A stretch of 64,000 nt of DNA from Eledone cirrhosa (GCA_964016885.1 OZ024754.1:21762001-21826000); one strand, 5' to 3'; counted from the stretch's first letter, positions 24,910 through 39,800 are shown. Translations and numbers: made by a program. The notes: generated by a model not told the origin, from the letters alone.

Positions 24910-27900
24910 TGCGGACAGGCTAACATAACCCCATCTACCTGACCCCTCCCTACACCTCCAACCCATCCCTTCCAGCCACCAAACGAAATCCAAAACTTCA
25001 GAGTTGGTACCATGAATGTAGGCACTTTAAAAGGTCACTCTAATGAGGTTGTAGAGATGCTTGAATGTAAGGAAGTTGATGCTTCTTGCGTCCAACATAC
25101 TAGGTGGAGGGGTGGGTCTGCTAGATTCATTGTGGGTAAAAAACCATGCTATAAACTTTTCTGGATGGGAAATGAAAATGGGCTGGGTGGAGTAGGAATT
25201 ATGTTAGCAGAAAAATGGGTAGATAAGGTAATTGACGTAAATAGAGTGAACGAAAGAATAATCAAAATAAGACATGTCCTAAATAGAACTACTACCGCTT
25301 ACACACCCCAATCTGGACTGCTTGGCGTTATAAAAGACAGATTCTATGCGTCGCTAATGCTCACTACCTCCCAAATAACCGACAGTGACTACATAATTAT
25401 TGCAGCCGACTTAAATGGTCATGTTGGACAACATTGTGACGGCTATGACGGAATCCATGGACGCTACGGGTTTGGTACCAGAAATGAGGAGGGCTTCAGA
25501 ATCCTGGAATTCTGTGACGCTATAACCTAACTATCTGCAACACAAACTTCAAAAAACGAGACAATCAGTTGATACCTATAGATCAGGGGAACACGCGAGT
25601 CAGATAGATTATATCATTACCAGAAGAGGTGACAAAGTGTCTGTTGTAAACACTAAATCCCTCCCCCGCGAAGAATGCACCTCCCAACATAGCCTCATAG
25701 TTAGTGACCTCATAGTCAAGACGAGACATACTCGACAACAGAGGAGGACTACCCTGAGAAGAAAAATATGGAAGTTAAAGGACCCTACAGACAGTAACAA
25801 ATTTAAAAGCAAATTTAAAAGCATATGGAGGCACATGGCTTAGTGGTTAGAGCATTGGCCTTGCAATCGAAAAGTTGTGAGTTCAATTCTCAGACCGGGT
25901 GATGTGTTGTTTCCTTGAGCAATTGCTCCAGTTTACTCAGCTGTAGAAATGAGATGATAGTGACTGGGGTCCATATCATTCCACTGCAAAGTGGTCGTGC
26001 AGGTACCACGGCAAAAAAGTACCCAGCACTCACTGTAAATCAGGTTGGTGTTAGGAAGGGCATCCAGCTGTAGAAATCAAGCCAGAATCAGTTCCCGTCC
26101 CACCCTTGCAAGCAAGGAAAAAGCGGACGTAAAATGAAATGAAATTACTTGATGCTTTTGACAGTAAGGAAGAGCAATTAGAGACGTACAGTATAGAGGA
26201 ACAGTGGGAATTCCTGAAAGTTAACCTGCTGAAGGCGACAGATAAAATCTGTGGCTGGAGCAGACCTATAGGTAGGAGGAGAATAACGTGGTGGTGGAAC
26301 AGTAAGGTGGAGGAGTCAATCAAGGCCAAAAAGCAAGCTTGGAAAGTATGGCGGGATGGAGGAAGTAGAGAAGACTATCAAGTGGCCAGGAGGGAAGCTA
26401 GGAGACAAGTGTACTTCGCAAGAAGGGAAGCAGAGGAAAGAAAGTTCAAGCATGTTCTACAACGTGAGGACAAAAAACGTGAGGTGTTCAGGATTGCTAG
26501 GCAATGTGTCAAGGAAAACTGTGATATTGTCGGGGAGAAGTGTCCGTAATGATGATGGTATACTTGCCATCCCTGATACTGATAAGAAGGTAGCTTGGAA
26601 GTGTCACTACGAGAGGCTACTAAATGAAGAGAATAAATGGGACAAAGATAGTCTGCCCCACATCGATCCAATAGAGGGACCAGCAGTGCAAGTTGAAGGT
26701 AGTATAATAAGTAAGGAAATCAAAGCTATGAAGACAGGCAAGGCAGCTGGGCCTTCGGAGATAGTTGCTGAAATGCTGAAAGCATCTGGATTGGTGAGAC
26801 ACACTATGGTCACCCGGATAATAAACCAAGTCATACAGAACGGGGTCATACCAAATGACTGGCGGAGCAGCATCATCATTAACTGCTACAAGGGTAAACG
26901 AGATGCCCTAGATAGGGGAAACTATAGAGGCATTAAATTAATTGACCAGGTCATGAAGGTCACAGAAAGAGTTATTGCACAACTAATCAGAGAGCGAACT
27001 GATCTAGATGAAATGCAGTTTGGGTTGTGTCAGGTAAAAGTACCACAGGCGCTCTTTTCCTTGTACGGCAACTACAGGAGAAGTACATAGCTAAAAGTAA
27101 ACCCCTCTAATTAGCTTTTGTTGACTTGCAGAAAGCCTTTGACAGAGTCCCCCACTCCATTATCTGGTAGACTCTTAGAAAACTAGGTGTTGATGAATGG
27201 CTTGTGAGAGCTATACAAGCCATGTATAAAGAAACAGTCAGCAAGGTTAGAATTAACAATGAATATAGTGAAGAATTTAGCGTAAAAGTTGGTGTTCATC
27301 AGGGCTCTGTCCTTAGGCCCCTCCTATTTATTATTGTATAACAGAGGAGTTCAAGACTGGCTGCCCATGAGAACTTCTATATGCAGATGATCTAACTCTC
27401 ATAGCTGAATCTATGGCTGAACTAGAGAAGAAATTCTAAACTTGGAAGCATGGCCTAGAATCAAAAGGCCTTAAAGTTAACTTGTCTAAAACTAAAGCTC
27501 TAGCATGTAGAAAGGAAATAGGGCACTGGTTCCCCCTGGGAAATGGCGATGCTCAGTGTGTAGGAAAGGAGTAGGCAGAAACTCCATTTTATGTCCCAAA
27601 TGCAAAGTATGGGTGCATAAAAGATGTAGTGGGATCACAGGTAAGCTAACTAAGAACATAGATTTTATATGTGGCCGCTGCTCAGGTGCAATAAGTAGCA
27701 GCAAGTGCCCACAGGATACTAGCTCCTTCCATTGCCCAGATGGTTCTATAGAAATAGTGGACAGCTTCCGTTACCTGGGTGACAAAATCAGCTGTGGAGG
27801 AGGGTGCTCAGAAAGTACAGTAGCCAGAGTCAGAACTGGATGGAAAAAGTTCAGAGAGCTTATACCACTATTAGCTGCTAAAGGTTTCTCTCTAAAAATG

Positions 27901-28720
27901 AAAGGCAGACTGTATGATGCCTGCATACGAACAACAATGTTACATGGCAGTGAGACATGGGCATTGTGTGCAGAGGATATACGCAGACTGGAGAGGAATG
28001 AAGCTTGCATGCTCCGTTGGATGTGTAATAGTAATATACATGAACGGCAAAGCATAAATGAACTAAGTGAGAAATTAGGAATAAGGAGGATCAGATGCTC
28101 TTAACTCGAGAGAAGACTGCGTTGGTATGGTCACGTGATGCACATGAAAGACGACAGCTGTATAAAAATGTGCAGGGTGATAAAAATTGATGGAAGCTAT
28201 GGAGTAGGCAGACCCAGAAAAACCTGGGACGATCTGATAAATTCCGACCTCACACACTTACACCTCTACAAGACAATGTCACTGGACCGAGATCTTTGGC
28301 GCTACGCAGTAATACAGAAAACACGCCTTGCATAAGTACAAAGCGAAACTTACAGTCAGTAGGCACCTCTAACAAAAATACACCCCCGTCCCACTACCCC
28401 TATCCCCATCTACACAACCCCTTTCTCTGTGAAGTTATGTTGGTACCACAACATCCAGTCCTAAATAAATGAGGTCATATAGGTGTAACGACAAAAAAAC
28501 ACACAGTCCACGCTGTAATGTGGCCATGTAGGTAACACAGTAAAAACCTCCCAGTCCACACTGTAGATGTGGTTGGTGTTAGGAAGGGCAACCAGCCATA
28601 GAAAACCTGCCAGAGAGTCCTATATGAGCAAGGCAACCAATCTTGCCTCACATGGGACAATTCCCGTCTAAACCCATGCTAGCGTGGAATATAGACGTTA
28701 AACGATGATGATGATGATGA
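24910..28720 (+). mobile_element. near full-length decayed RTE subfamily A (SINE nested inside)
   Basis: APE ORFs 25012-25843, RT fragments 26139-28335 with many stops and frameshifts, 3' UTR and (ATG)n tail. Confidence 0.92.
25827..26141 (+). mobile_element. tRNA-derived SINE inserted in the RTE ORF
   Basis: Same A/B boxes and tail as 15575-15897. It interrupts the RTE sequence NKFKS|KLLD. Confidence 0.9.
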
Positions 28721-28772
28721 TATATATATATATGTATATATATATATGTGTGTGTATATATATATATGTGTG

Positions 28773-28811
<39 letters not shown>

Positions 28812-28817
<6 letters not shown>

Positions 28818-30858
28818 TATGGTCACTCGGATAGTAAACCAAGTCAATGGGGTCGTTCCGAAGGACTGGCGCAGCAGCATCATCATTAACTGCTACAAGG
28901 GTAAAGGTGATGCTCTAGATAGGGGAAACTATAGAGACATTACATTAATTGACCAGGTCATGAAGGTCACAGAAAAAGTAATAGCGCAACTAATCAGAGA
29001 GCGAACTGATCTAGACGAAATGCAGTTTGGGTTTGTCTCAGGTAAAAGTACAACAGACGCTCTCTTCATTGTACGACAACTACAGGAGAAGTACCTAGCT
29101 AAAAATAAACCCCCTATACTTAGCCTTTGTTGACTTGGAGAAAGCATTTGACAGAGTACCCCGCTCGATTATCTGGTGGGCCCTTAGAAAACTAGGTGTT
29201 GATGAATGGCTTGTGAGAGCTATACAAGCCATGTATAAAGAAACAGTCAACAAGGTTAGAATTAACAACGAATATAGTGAAGAGTTTAGCGTAAAAGTTG
29301 GTGTTCATCAGGGCTCCGTCCTTAACCCCCTACTATTTATTATTGCCCGTCAGGCTATAACAGAGGAGTTCAAGACCGGTTGCCCATGGGAACTCCTATA
29401 TGCAGATGATCTAACGCTCATAGCTGAATCAATGGCAGAACTAGAGAAGAAATTCCAAACATGGAAGCATGGCCTAGAATCAAAAGGCCTTAAAGTTAAC
29501 TTATCTAAGACTAAAGTTCTAGTTTGTAGGAAGGAAAATAGGGCACCGGTCCCATCTGGGAAATGGCCATGCTCAGTGTGTAGGAAAGGAGTAGGCAGAA
29601 ACTCCATTTTATGTCCCAAATGCAAACTATGGGTACATAAAAGATGTAGTGGGATCACAGGTAAGCTAACTAAGAATATAGATTTTATATGTGGCCAGTG
29701 CTCTGGTGCAATAAGTAGCAGCAAGTGCCCACAGAATACTAGTTCATTCCATTGCACAGATGGTTCTATAGAAATAGTGGACAGCTTCCGTTACCTGGGT
29801 GACAAAATCAGCAGTGGGGGAGGGTGCTCTGAAAGTACAGTAGCTAGAGTCAGAACGGGATGGAAAAAGTTCAGAGAGCTTATACCACAATTGGACGCTA
29901 AAAGGTTCTCTCTAAAAATGAAAGGCAGACTGTATGATGCCTGCATACGAACAGCAATGTTACAAGGCAGTGAGACCTGGGCATTGTGTGCAGAGGATAT
30001 ATGCAGACTGGAGAGAAACGAAGCTTGCATGCTCTGCTGGATGTGTAATAGTAATATACGTGAACGGCAAAGCATAAACGAACTAAGGGAGAAATTAGGA
30101 ATAAGAGGTTGTTTACTCGAGAGAAACTACGTTGGTACGGTCACGTGATGCACATGAAAGACGACAGCTGTATAAAAAAGTGCAGGGCGAAAAAAAATAG
30201 ACGGTAGCCACGGAGTAGGCAGACCCAGAAAAACCTGGGACGACTTGATAAATTCCGACCTCACACACTTACACCTCTCCAAGACAATGTCACTGGACCG
30301 AGATCTTTGGCGCTACACAGTTATACAGAAGACCCGCCTTGCCTAAGTACAAAGCGAAACCTACAGTCAGTAGGCACCTCTAACAAAATACACCCCTGTC
30401 CCACTACCCCCACCCCATCCACACCACCCCCTTAAATGTGAAGTTATGTTGGTACCACAACATCCAGTCCGAAACAAATGAGGTCGTGTAGGTGTCACGA
30501 CAAAAAAACACACAGTCCACGCTGTAATGTGGCCGTGTAGGTAACGCGGTAAAAACCTCCCAGTACACACTGTAGATGTGGTTGGTGTTGGGAAGGGCAC
30601 CCAGCCGTAGAAAACCCACCAGACGTGTAGGTGTCACGACAATAAAACACACAGTCCACGCTGTAATGTGGCCGTGTAGGTAACATGGTAAAAACCTCCC
30701 AGTCCACACTGTAAACGTGGTTGGTGATAGGAAGGGCATCCAGCCGTAGAAAACCCGCGAGACAGTCCTGAGCAAGACAACCAATCTTGCCTCAAATGGG
30801 ACAATTCCCGTCCAGACCCATGCTAGTGAAAATGGATGTTAAACGATGATGATGATGA
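28812..30858 (+). mobile_element. RTE subfamily A, 5'-truncated
   Basis: RT ORFs 28812-29133 and 29135-30148; 3' UTR with a separate ~140-bp duplication; (ATG)n tail. Confidence 0.93.
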
Positions 30859-30872
30859 TATATATATATGTG

Positions 30873-30997
<125 letters not shown>

Positions 30998-31076
30998 ATA
31001 TATATATATGTATATATATCATCATCATCATCATCATCATTTTACGTCTGCTTATCCCTGCTTGCATATGTATGTA

Positions 31077-31121
<45 letters not shown>

Positions 31122-31134
31122 ATATATATATGTA

Positions 31135-31242
<108 letters not shown>

Positions 31243-31502
31243 AGAGTATTGAAGTTTGCTTGAAGCATTGTGGAATAATAAGGTAAATTTCTTTAAGTCG
31301 TTTGGAAGCCTCTACAATGCAGATGGGTAAATCTCCGGGTAACAAGATCCGGTGGTGGAGAGAGAGATGTAAGTGGGTGTACGTTGAGATGCGTGGGTGT
31401 ATAAGACTGTAGCGTGTAGAGGAATGAAGGGAAGAGCGTAAAGGATAAAAATAAAAATAAAAATAACACGAGAAAGAGTTACCTTGGGAGAGATTTAATT
31501 GT

Positions 31503-31536
31503 CCCTATATATTTCGGATTCACATCCATCAACTGG
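31503..31536 (-). ncRNA. core-mutated minimal hammerhead in pLTR
   Basis: c-CAGUUGA-u-ggau-guga-aucc-GAA-AUAUAU-A-ggg. CUGAUGA reads CAGUUGA. Confidence 0.5.
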
Positions 31537-31930
31537 CGTTTTTTTCCGAGGGGGGGAAAGGTTGTCTGTCAGAAAGGTGCGAAACGTGTCCTCCGCTGTT
31601 CGTTGTTTTGAATATCTGAGGTATTCAGCAGAGCGCGCGTGCACGTGAAATGGGGTCGGTCAGGAAGAGGTCAGCGGCCGAAGTAGTTCTTTCAATTGTG
31701 GGAGTGGGGTGGCGCTAGCTGTCAGTCCATTCTCTGCCTGTTTGGTGAATGTTACTGTGTGTGTGTGCATGTGTTGTTGTCTCGCTTGAGTGTGTGTGTG
31801 CGTGTGTTGTTTCCTTGTTCCTCTGTATTCGCAGTGTAGTATGTTCGTATGGTGGAATGCTACTGTGTGCGTGTGTTGCTGTCTCGCTTGTGTGTGTGTG
31901 TGTGCGTGTGTTGCTGCATCGTTTGTTAAC

Positions 31931-33504
31931 TTAAACCAACCACCTCATTTCACTTCTCTTGGATCGGTTGTTTAATTGTGGCCCTAGGCGTTTGATCCAA
32001 AGTGCTTCCTTGATAAGTAACGTGCCAACGTTTCTTTCTGTCTCTAGAATTGTGACAATGGGCCTTCCGTCTTTGTTTCCGCATTTGTCTATGTGTTTCC
32101 GGAAAGACGAGGCCCTGGTTTTAGTGTGTTCCTTGATCCGGATGTGCAACGGCCGGATTGTGCTACCTATATAGTATTTGTTGCACTTGTTACATTCTAT
32201 CTTATACACGACGTATGTGCATAGGCAACAGTTCGCATGGCGCATCGGGCAGTTTCTGATGGAGCACGCGTCAGTTGATTTCCCGGGTTTCCTGGAGAGG
32301 CATCTTCGCAGGGAGGGGCCCGAGTGGGCCAGGTGGATGCTGAGGCCCTCCCTCCGTATAGCTTTGTGGATAGCGTTGGTGGTATTCTCGCCCAGGTGTG
32401 GCATTTTAAGGAAGCACTTGCCTTGGCTGCCTCTCTGTCTCTTGTGTCTGGTGTCTCCTACTCTGTCTGTGAGCGAGGTAGGGTACCCGTTCGTCTTCAG
32501 CACCTCGAGGAATCGCTTGGTATGAGTGACACCACTCGCGAGATCGCTGCATCTGTTTTTGATTCGTGCGATCTCGTTCGTGATGTATCCTCTTTTGGCA
32601 CTGTTAGGGTAGAAGTTGCAGTGGATCCCTCCCTGTTCCGTGATGTTGATTCGGAAGTCGAGGAGGGCAAGTGACCCGTCGTCGTTGGGGTGTTCAACAC
32701 TGAAGTCAATGTTCTCGTCCGTGTTGTTGAACATCTCATAGATTCTGTTCGCCGTGTCTTGGGAAGATGTGAGGATGAGGATATCGTCCACGTACCTTGA
32801 GAAAAAGGCGACGGCGTTGGGGTGACAGGCATTGAGTGCCTTGCGCTTGAGGCTGTCCATGTAAGAGATCGCTAGCACACCCGACAGGCTTGATCCCATG
32901 GGCAGTCCTGAGGTTTGGTGGTATGTTTGGTCAAGGAATCCGAAGTAGGTGTTGTCGACGACGGTGGATAGGAGTTGGTGGATGTCAGTGGTGGTGAGCC
33001 CGAAGCAGTGTAGGTCGGTGGATTGGACGCGTTCCATCAGTATATTGACGGCCGGGAGTGCCGGGACTGAGGTGTAGAGAGCGACCACATCAAGGCTGAA
33101 GGCATATCTGTTATTCTTTCTGGTGTCGGGATCTATTTGATGCAGGCACTTCAACACCTCCTCGGAACTGTTAACGTGTCCCGGCAAGGTGTCTAAGATG
33201 GGTTTGAGTATTCTGGCTAGGAGCCATGAAATTTTGTAGAGTGGTCCTTCCACGTTCGATACAATGGGCCTGATCTTCAGGTCGGGTCCCTGTTTGTGTG
33301 TTTTCACGAGGTGGTAGAAGGCGGGTAGTCTGCTGTTCCTCGTGAGGAGGTTGTATCTCAGCTTCTTCGGAAGCTTCCGCCAGTCGCAGATGTGCTCTTC
33401 TATCTGTGCGGGAGTGATTCCCGTGACCTTGGAGTAGAGGTTGTCATCGTCAAGGTGTTGGAGGGCCAGGGTGTTGTAGGCCTCTCTGCTGATGACGCAT
33501 AGCT
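31931..33504 (-). CDS. Penelope RT-GIY-YIG ORF (N-truncated, apparently with small in-frame deletions)
   Basis: KTHK..RPIVS, SLDVVALYTSV, GLPMGSSLS, RYVDD, LLDF, VVYKIEC..YYIGST. Confidence 0.9.
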
Positions 33505-34064
33505 GAAACACATAGCCAAATGCAGAAACAAAGACGGAAGGACCATTGTCACAATTCTAGCGACAGAAAGAAACGTCGGCACGTTACTTATCAAGGAAGC
33601 ACTTTGGATCAAACGCCTAGGGCCACAATTAAACAACCGATCCGAGAGAAGTGAAATGAGGTGGTTGGTTTAAGTTAACAAACGATGCAGCAACACACGC
33701 ACACACACACACAAGCGAGACAGCAACACACGCACACAGTAGCATTCCACCATACGAACATACTACCCTGCCAATACAGAGGAACAAGGAAACAACACAC
33801 GCACACACACTCAAGCGAGACAACAACACATGCACACACACACAGTAACATTCACCAAACAGGCAGAGAATGGACTGACAGCTAGCGCCACCCCACTCCC
33901 ACAATTGAAAGAACTACTTTGGCCGCTGACCTCTTCCTGACCGACCCCATTTCACGCGCACGCGCGCTCTGCTGAATACCTCAGATATTCAAAACAACGA
34001 ACAGCGGAGGACACGTTTCGCACCTTTCCAACAGACAACCCCCCCCACCCCCCGGAAAAAAACG

Positions 34065-34098
34065 CCAGTTGATGGATGTGAATCCGAAATATATAGGG
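34065..34098 (+). ncRNA. core-mutated minimal hammerhead in pLTR (second copy)
   Basis: Identical to the 31503-31536 motif. Confidence 0.5.
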
Positions 34099-34357
34099 AC
34101 AATTAAATCTCTCCCAAGGTAACTCTTTCTCGTGTTGTTATTTTTATTTTTATCCTTTACGCTCTTCCCTTCATTCCTCTACACGCTACAGTCTTATACA
34201 CGCCACGCATCTCAACGTACACCCACTTACATCTCTCTCTCCACCACCGGATCTTGTTACCCGGAGATTTACCCATCTGCATTGTCGAGGCTTCCAAACG
34301 ACTTAAAGAAATTTACCATATATATATATGTGCGTGTGTATATATATATATATATAT

Positions 34358-34722
34358 TTAGTGGTTAGAGCATTGGCCTTGCAATTGAAAGGCTGTGAGT
34401 TCAATTCTCAGACCGGGTGATGTGTTGTTTCCTTGAGCAAGACACTTTATTTCACATTGCTCCAGTTTACTCAGCTGTAGAAATGAGATGATTGGTCCCT
34501 ATCATTCTACTGCAAAGTGGTCGTGGAGGTGCCACGCCAAAAAAGCACCCAGCCCACACTGTAAAGTGGACGTTTAGGCGCCACAGAAAAAAAATACCCA
34601 GCACTCACTGTAAATGAGGTTGGTGTTAGGAAGGGCATCCAGCTGTAGAAATAAAGCCAGAATCAGTTCCCGTCCCACCCTTGCAAGCAGGGAAAAGCGG
34701 ACGTAGAATGATGATGTTGATG
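34358..34722 (+). mobile_element. tRNA-derived SINE, slightly 5'-truncated
   Basis: Same family as 15575-15897. Confidence 0.88.
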
Positions 34723-36146
34723 TACTCCACGTACTTTTCATATATACTGCTATGAAACACACACCCTATATATTCCATGTAAATCTCATATATACTGTTA
34801 TGAAATGGATGTTATACACATCCACAATATATATAACTTGTTTGTGTACGCACGCACGGTCCCCATGTGTCCACCAGCCATGAGACCTGCATCATGTGCA
34901 GACTCTTACCCAGTACCTTAGATCACCAGTCCCCATGTATATTATATAACCATATGCACCACAGCCCTCAAGTATTTTATGCAACTTTACGCACGCCCCA
35001 ATAATGTCCGGCCCCCCTCTGCATCCTTGTTATGTATACATTCCTTTTTCCAGCATTTTATTTTATTTTATTTTATATTATATTATTTTATATTATTTTA
35101 TTTTATGTACGTACAGGCATTTTTTATATATATGTGCCACCCATGTTATATGTGATTAGTGCAGGGATACTATGTTGCTATAGCATTTATGCATATTGTG
35201 CATGCACTTTCGGGCTTATATCGCCACATGATCGGGTTGGGTCCAAGCCTCAAGAACGTTGTCTCATATAATACTATGTGCACCATGTGCACAGCTGCGC
35301 ATGTGTGTACGGATGGGAGGGTATTCATCAAGTATGTGCCTTCGGTATGAACTTACGCGGGTACATGTATGCATGTGTGTCCACGCAAATATGCATGCTC
35401 ATGTGTGTACACATGTCTGGGTGGATGTATTTGTATGAACATGTCTGTGTGAGGGTATGTAGATCTTTCTTTTTTTTTATCTGTGTATATATGTGCAGCG
35501 TCCTAAATATACACACTTCCCTGAGTACAGTGTGTGAGTGTAGATATGTGTATATTTATCAAAAATACCTTCGAAATACCCTTTGTTTTTAAAGGCTGTT
35601 CCAAGCATTCATTTAAAAACGTTCTTTGTACAGAGTTTTTTCTTTTTGAAATATATATGTTTTAAGGTATTCTGAGGCTGCGTTCTTGAAACGTTATGCT
35701 AAATATTTTTCTAATTTGTTTTAAAAATTCCCTCCAAGCATTATTTACGGTGATTGTCACATACAATACAGTTGCGGGAGTGTACGTGATCGCTGTGGAC
35801 GAAGGTGCCTAAAGACAGAGAGACGTCGAAGGGCCGCCAGTAGTTCAAGCATACAACCCGGCGAAGGATATCGATGTAAAAGGACATTAGGAAAATCTGC
35901 TTCGTAGAATCAAGATATATCTGAGGACCTTGCGATTTTCAGAGTCAGGTTCGATCATCACATCGATCGTGCCTCGAGCTGATTGTCAGAGAAACGATTG
36001 TAATATGTCCAATAAATTCCATTCGTCGCAACACTGATTCTCTTTTTTCTGTAATATCATACTCTGCTCTATGAGAGCATCGAGTGCTCAAACGGCCTAC
36101 TGGATACGGACGCTTTAAGCATCCAACACCAATTATATATATATAA

Positions 36147-36532
36147 GCGTGGCTTAGTGGTTAGAGCATTGGGCTTGCAATCGAAAGGTTGTGAGTTCAA
36201 TTCTCGGACCGGGTGATGTGTTGTTTCCTTGAGCAAGACACTTTATTTCACATTACTCCAGTTTACTCAGCTGTAGAAATGAGATGATAGGGACTAGGGT
36301 CCATATCATTCCACTGCAAAGTGGTCGTGTAGGTGCCATGGCAAAAAAAGCACCCAGCACTCACTGTAAATGAGGTTGGTGTTAGGAAGGAAATCCAGCT
36401 GTAGAAATCAAGCCAGAATCAGTTCCCGTATGAGCAAGACATGGTCAGCCGACCGGACACTGCCCACAACAGGACAACTCATCTAACCCATGCTAGCATG
36501 GAAGAACAGACGTAAAACAGTGATGATGATGA
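36147..36532 (+). mobile_element. tRNA-derived SINE with the long RTE-B 3' end
   Basis: A/B boxes present; 36350-36532 aligns with RTE-B ~20707-20895. Confidence 0.9.
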
Positions 36533-36553
36533 TATATATATATATATGTATAT

Positions 36554-36830
36554 TATCGGCTATTGCGTTTCCCTTGGACAATATTTGTAGTGTGGAGAGA
36601 GCTAAGTCAATCATAAAATGATGCTGATGCTGATGATTGTCTTAGCTCTCTCAACACCAATATTGTCCAAGGGAAAGGCAATAGCTGATACAATTTGGCA
36701 CCATTGTTGTTGCAGCCCATTATATTTTCCGGCTGAGTGGATTGTGAGTATCGTAAAAGTAAAGTGTCTTGTTTATTCCAGGAATTAAACTCACAGCCTC
36801 AGTCATGAACCTACTACCCTTACAACTGAG
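36554..36830 (-). mobile_element. old SINE-like copy plus inverted tail fragment (~60-bp imperfect inverted repeat 36554-36690)
   Basis: tatcggctattgcgtttcccttggacaatatt / aatattgtccaagggaaaggcaatagctgata. Also gctgagtgga..taaagtgtcttg, the reverse complement of the SINE central domain. Confidence 0.6.
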
Positions 36831-36887
36831 ATTTAAGGGAGTTGTCATCACCATTTCTCAAGAATGTGAAGACTGGTTAAGGGTCCC

Positions 36888-39800
36888 TACACACATCTGC
36901 TCCCAATACACACACACCTTCTCTCAATACACACACACCTACTTCCTATACACACTCATGTGCTCCTAATACACACATCTGCTCCCAATACACACACTCC
37001 TGCTCCCAATACACACTCCTGCTCCCAATACACACACTCCTGCTCCCAATACACACTCCTGCTCCCAATACACACTCCTGCTCCCAATACACACTCTCCT
37101 GCTCCCAATACACACTCCTGCTCCCAATACACACTCCTGCTCCCAATACACACTCATCTGCTCCCAATACACACTCCTGCTCCCAATACACACACTCCTG
37201 CTCCCAATACACACTCCTGCTTCCAATACACACTCCTGCTCCCAATACACACTCCTGCCCCCAATACACACTCCTGCTTCCAATACACACTCCTGCTCCC
37301 AATACACACTCCTGCTCCCAATACACACTCCTGCTCCCAATACACACACTCCTGCTCCCAATACACACACTCCTGCTCCCAATACACACTCCTGCTCCCA
37401 ATACACACTCCTGCTCCCAATACACACTCCTGCTCCCAATACACACTCCTGCTCCCAATACACACACTCCTGCTCCCAATACACACTCCTGCTCCCAATA
37501 CACACACTCCTGCTCCCAATACACACTCCTGCTCCCAATACACACACTCCTGCTCCCAATACACACTCCTGCTCCCAATACACACACTCCTGCTCCCAAT
37601 ACACACACTCCTGCTCCCAATACACACTCATCTGCTCCCAATACACACTCCTGCTTCCAATACACACTCCTGCTCCCAATACACACTCCTGCTCCCAATA
37701 CACACTCCTGCTCCCAATACACACTCCTGCTCCCAATACACACTCCTGCTCCCAATACACACTCCTGCTCCCAATACACACACTCCTGCTCCCAATACAC
37801 ACTCCTGCTCCCAATACACACACTCCTGCTCCCAATACACACTCCTGCTCCCAATACACACACTCCTGCTCCCAATACACACACTCCTGCTCCCAATACA
37901 CACTCCTGCTCCCAATACACACACTCCTGCTCCCAATACACACACTCCTGCTCCCAATACACACTCATCTGCTCCCAATACACACTCCTGCTTCCAATAC
38001 ACACTCCTGCTCCCAATACACACTCCTGCTCCCAATACACACTCCTGCTCCCAATACACACTCCTGCTCCCAATACACACTCCTGCTCCCAATACACACA
38101 CTCCTGCTCCCAATACACACTCCTGCTCCCAATACACACTCCTGCTCCCAATACACACACTCCTGCTCCCAATACACACTCCTGCTCCCAATACACACAC
38201 TCCTGCTCCCAATACACACGCCTGCTCCCAATACACACTCCTGCTCCCAATACACACTCCTGCTCCCAATACACACACTCCTGCTCCCAATACACACTCC
38301 TGCTCCCAATACACACACTCCTGCTCCCAATACACACTCCTGCTCCCAATACACACACTCCTGCTCCCAATACACACACTCCTGCTCCCAATACACACAC
38401 TCCTGCTCCCAATACACACACTCCTGCTCCCAATACACACTCATCTGCTCCCAATACACACTCCTGCTTCCAATACACACTCCTGCTCCCAATACACACT
38501 CCTGCTCCCAATACACACACTCCTGCTCCCAATACACACACTCCTGCTCCCAATACACACTCCTGCTCCCAATACACACTCCTGCTCCCAATACACACTC
38601 CTGCTCCCAATACACACTCATCTGCTCCCAATACACACTCCTGCTCCCAATACACACTCCTGCTCCCAATACACACACTCCTGCTCCCAATACACACACT
38701 CCTGCTCCCAATACACACACTCCTGCTCCCAATACACACACTCCTGCTCCCAATACACACTCCTGCTCCCAATACACACACTCCTGCTCCCAATACACAC
38801 ACTCCTGCTCCCAATACACACTCATCTGCTCCCAATACACACTCCTGCTCCCAATACACACTCCTGCTCCCAATACACACTCCTGCTTCCAATACACACT
38901 CCTGCTTCCAATACACACTCCTGCTCCCAATACACACACTCCTGCTCCCAATACACACACTCCTGCTCCCAATACACACTCCTGCTCCCAATACACACTC
39001 CTGCTCCCAATACACACTCCTGCTCCCAATACACACACTCCTGCTCCCAATACAAACACTCCTGCTCCCAATACACACTCCTGCTCCCAATACACACACT
39101 CCTGCTCCCAATACACACACTCCTGCTCCCAATACACACTCCTGCTCCCAATACACACACTCCTGCTCCCAATACACACACTCCTGCTCCCAATACACAC
39201 TCATCTGCTCCCAATACACACTCCTGCTCCCAATACACACTCCTGCTCCCAATACACACTCCTGCTTCCAATACACACTCCTGCTTCCAATACACACTCC
39301 TGCTCCCAATACACACTCCTGCTCCCAATACACACACTCCTGCTCCCAATACACACTCCTGCTCCCAATACACACACTCCTGCTCCCAATACACACTCCT
39401 GCTCCCAATACACACACTCCTGCTCCCAATACACACACTCCTGCTCCCAATACACACTCATCTGCTCCCAATACACACTCCTGCTCCCAATACACACTCC
39501 TGCTCCCAATACACACTCCTGCTCCCAATACACACACTCCTGCTCCCAATACACACTCCTGCTCCCAATACACACTCCTGCTCCCAATACACACACTCCT
39601 GCTCCCAATACACACTCCTGCTCCCAATACACACTCATCTGCTCCCAATACACACTCCTGCTCCCAATACACACTCCTGCTCCCAATACACACTCCTGCT
39701 CCCAATACACACACTCCTGCTCCCAATACATACTCCTGCTCCCAATACACACTCCTGCTCCCAATACACACTCATCTGCTCCCAATACACATTCCTGCTC

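Noticed and set aside
35890-36040. Plus-strand peptide RIKIYLRTLRF resembling TRNT1 motif D (EDYLRILR)
   Set aside because: Wrong strand for the gene, lacks the ED residues, preceded by a stop; likely chance.
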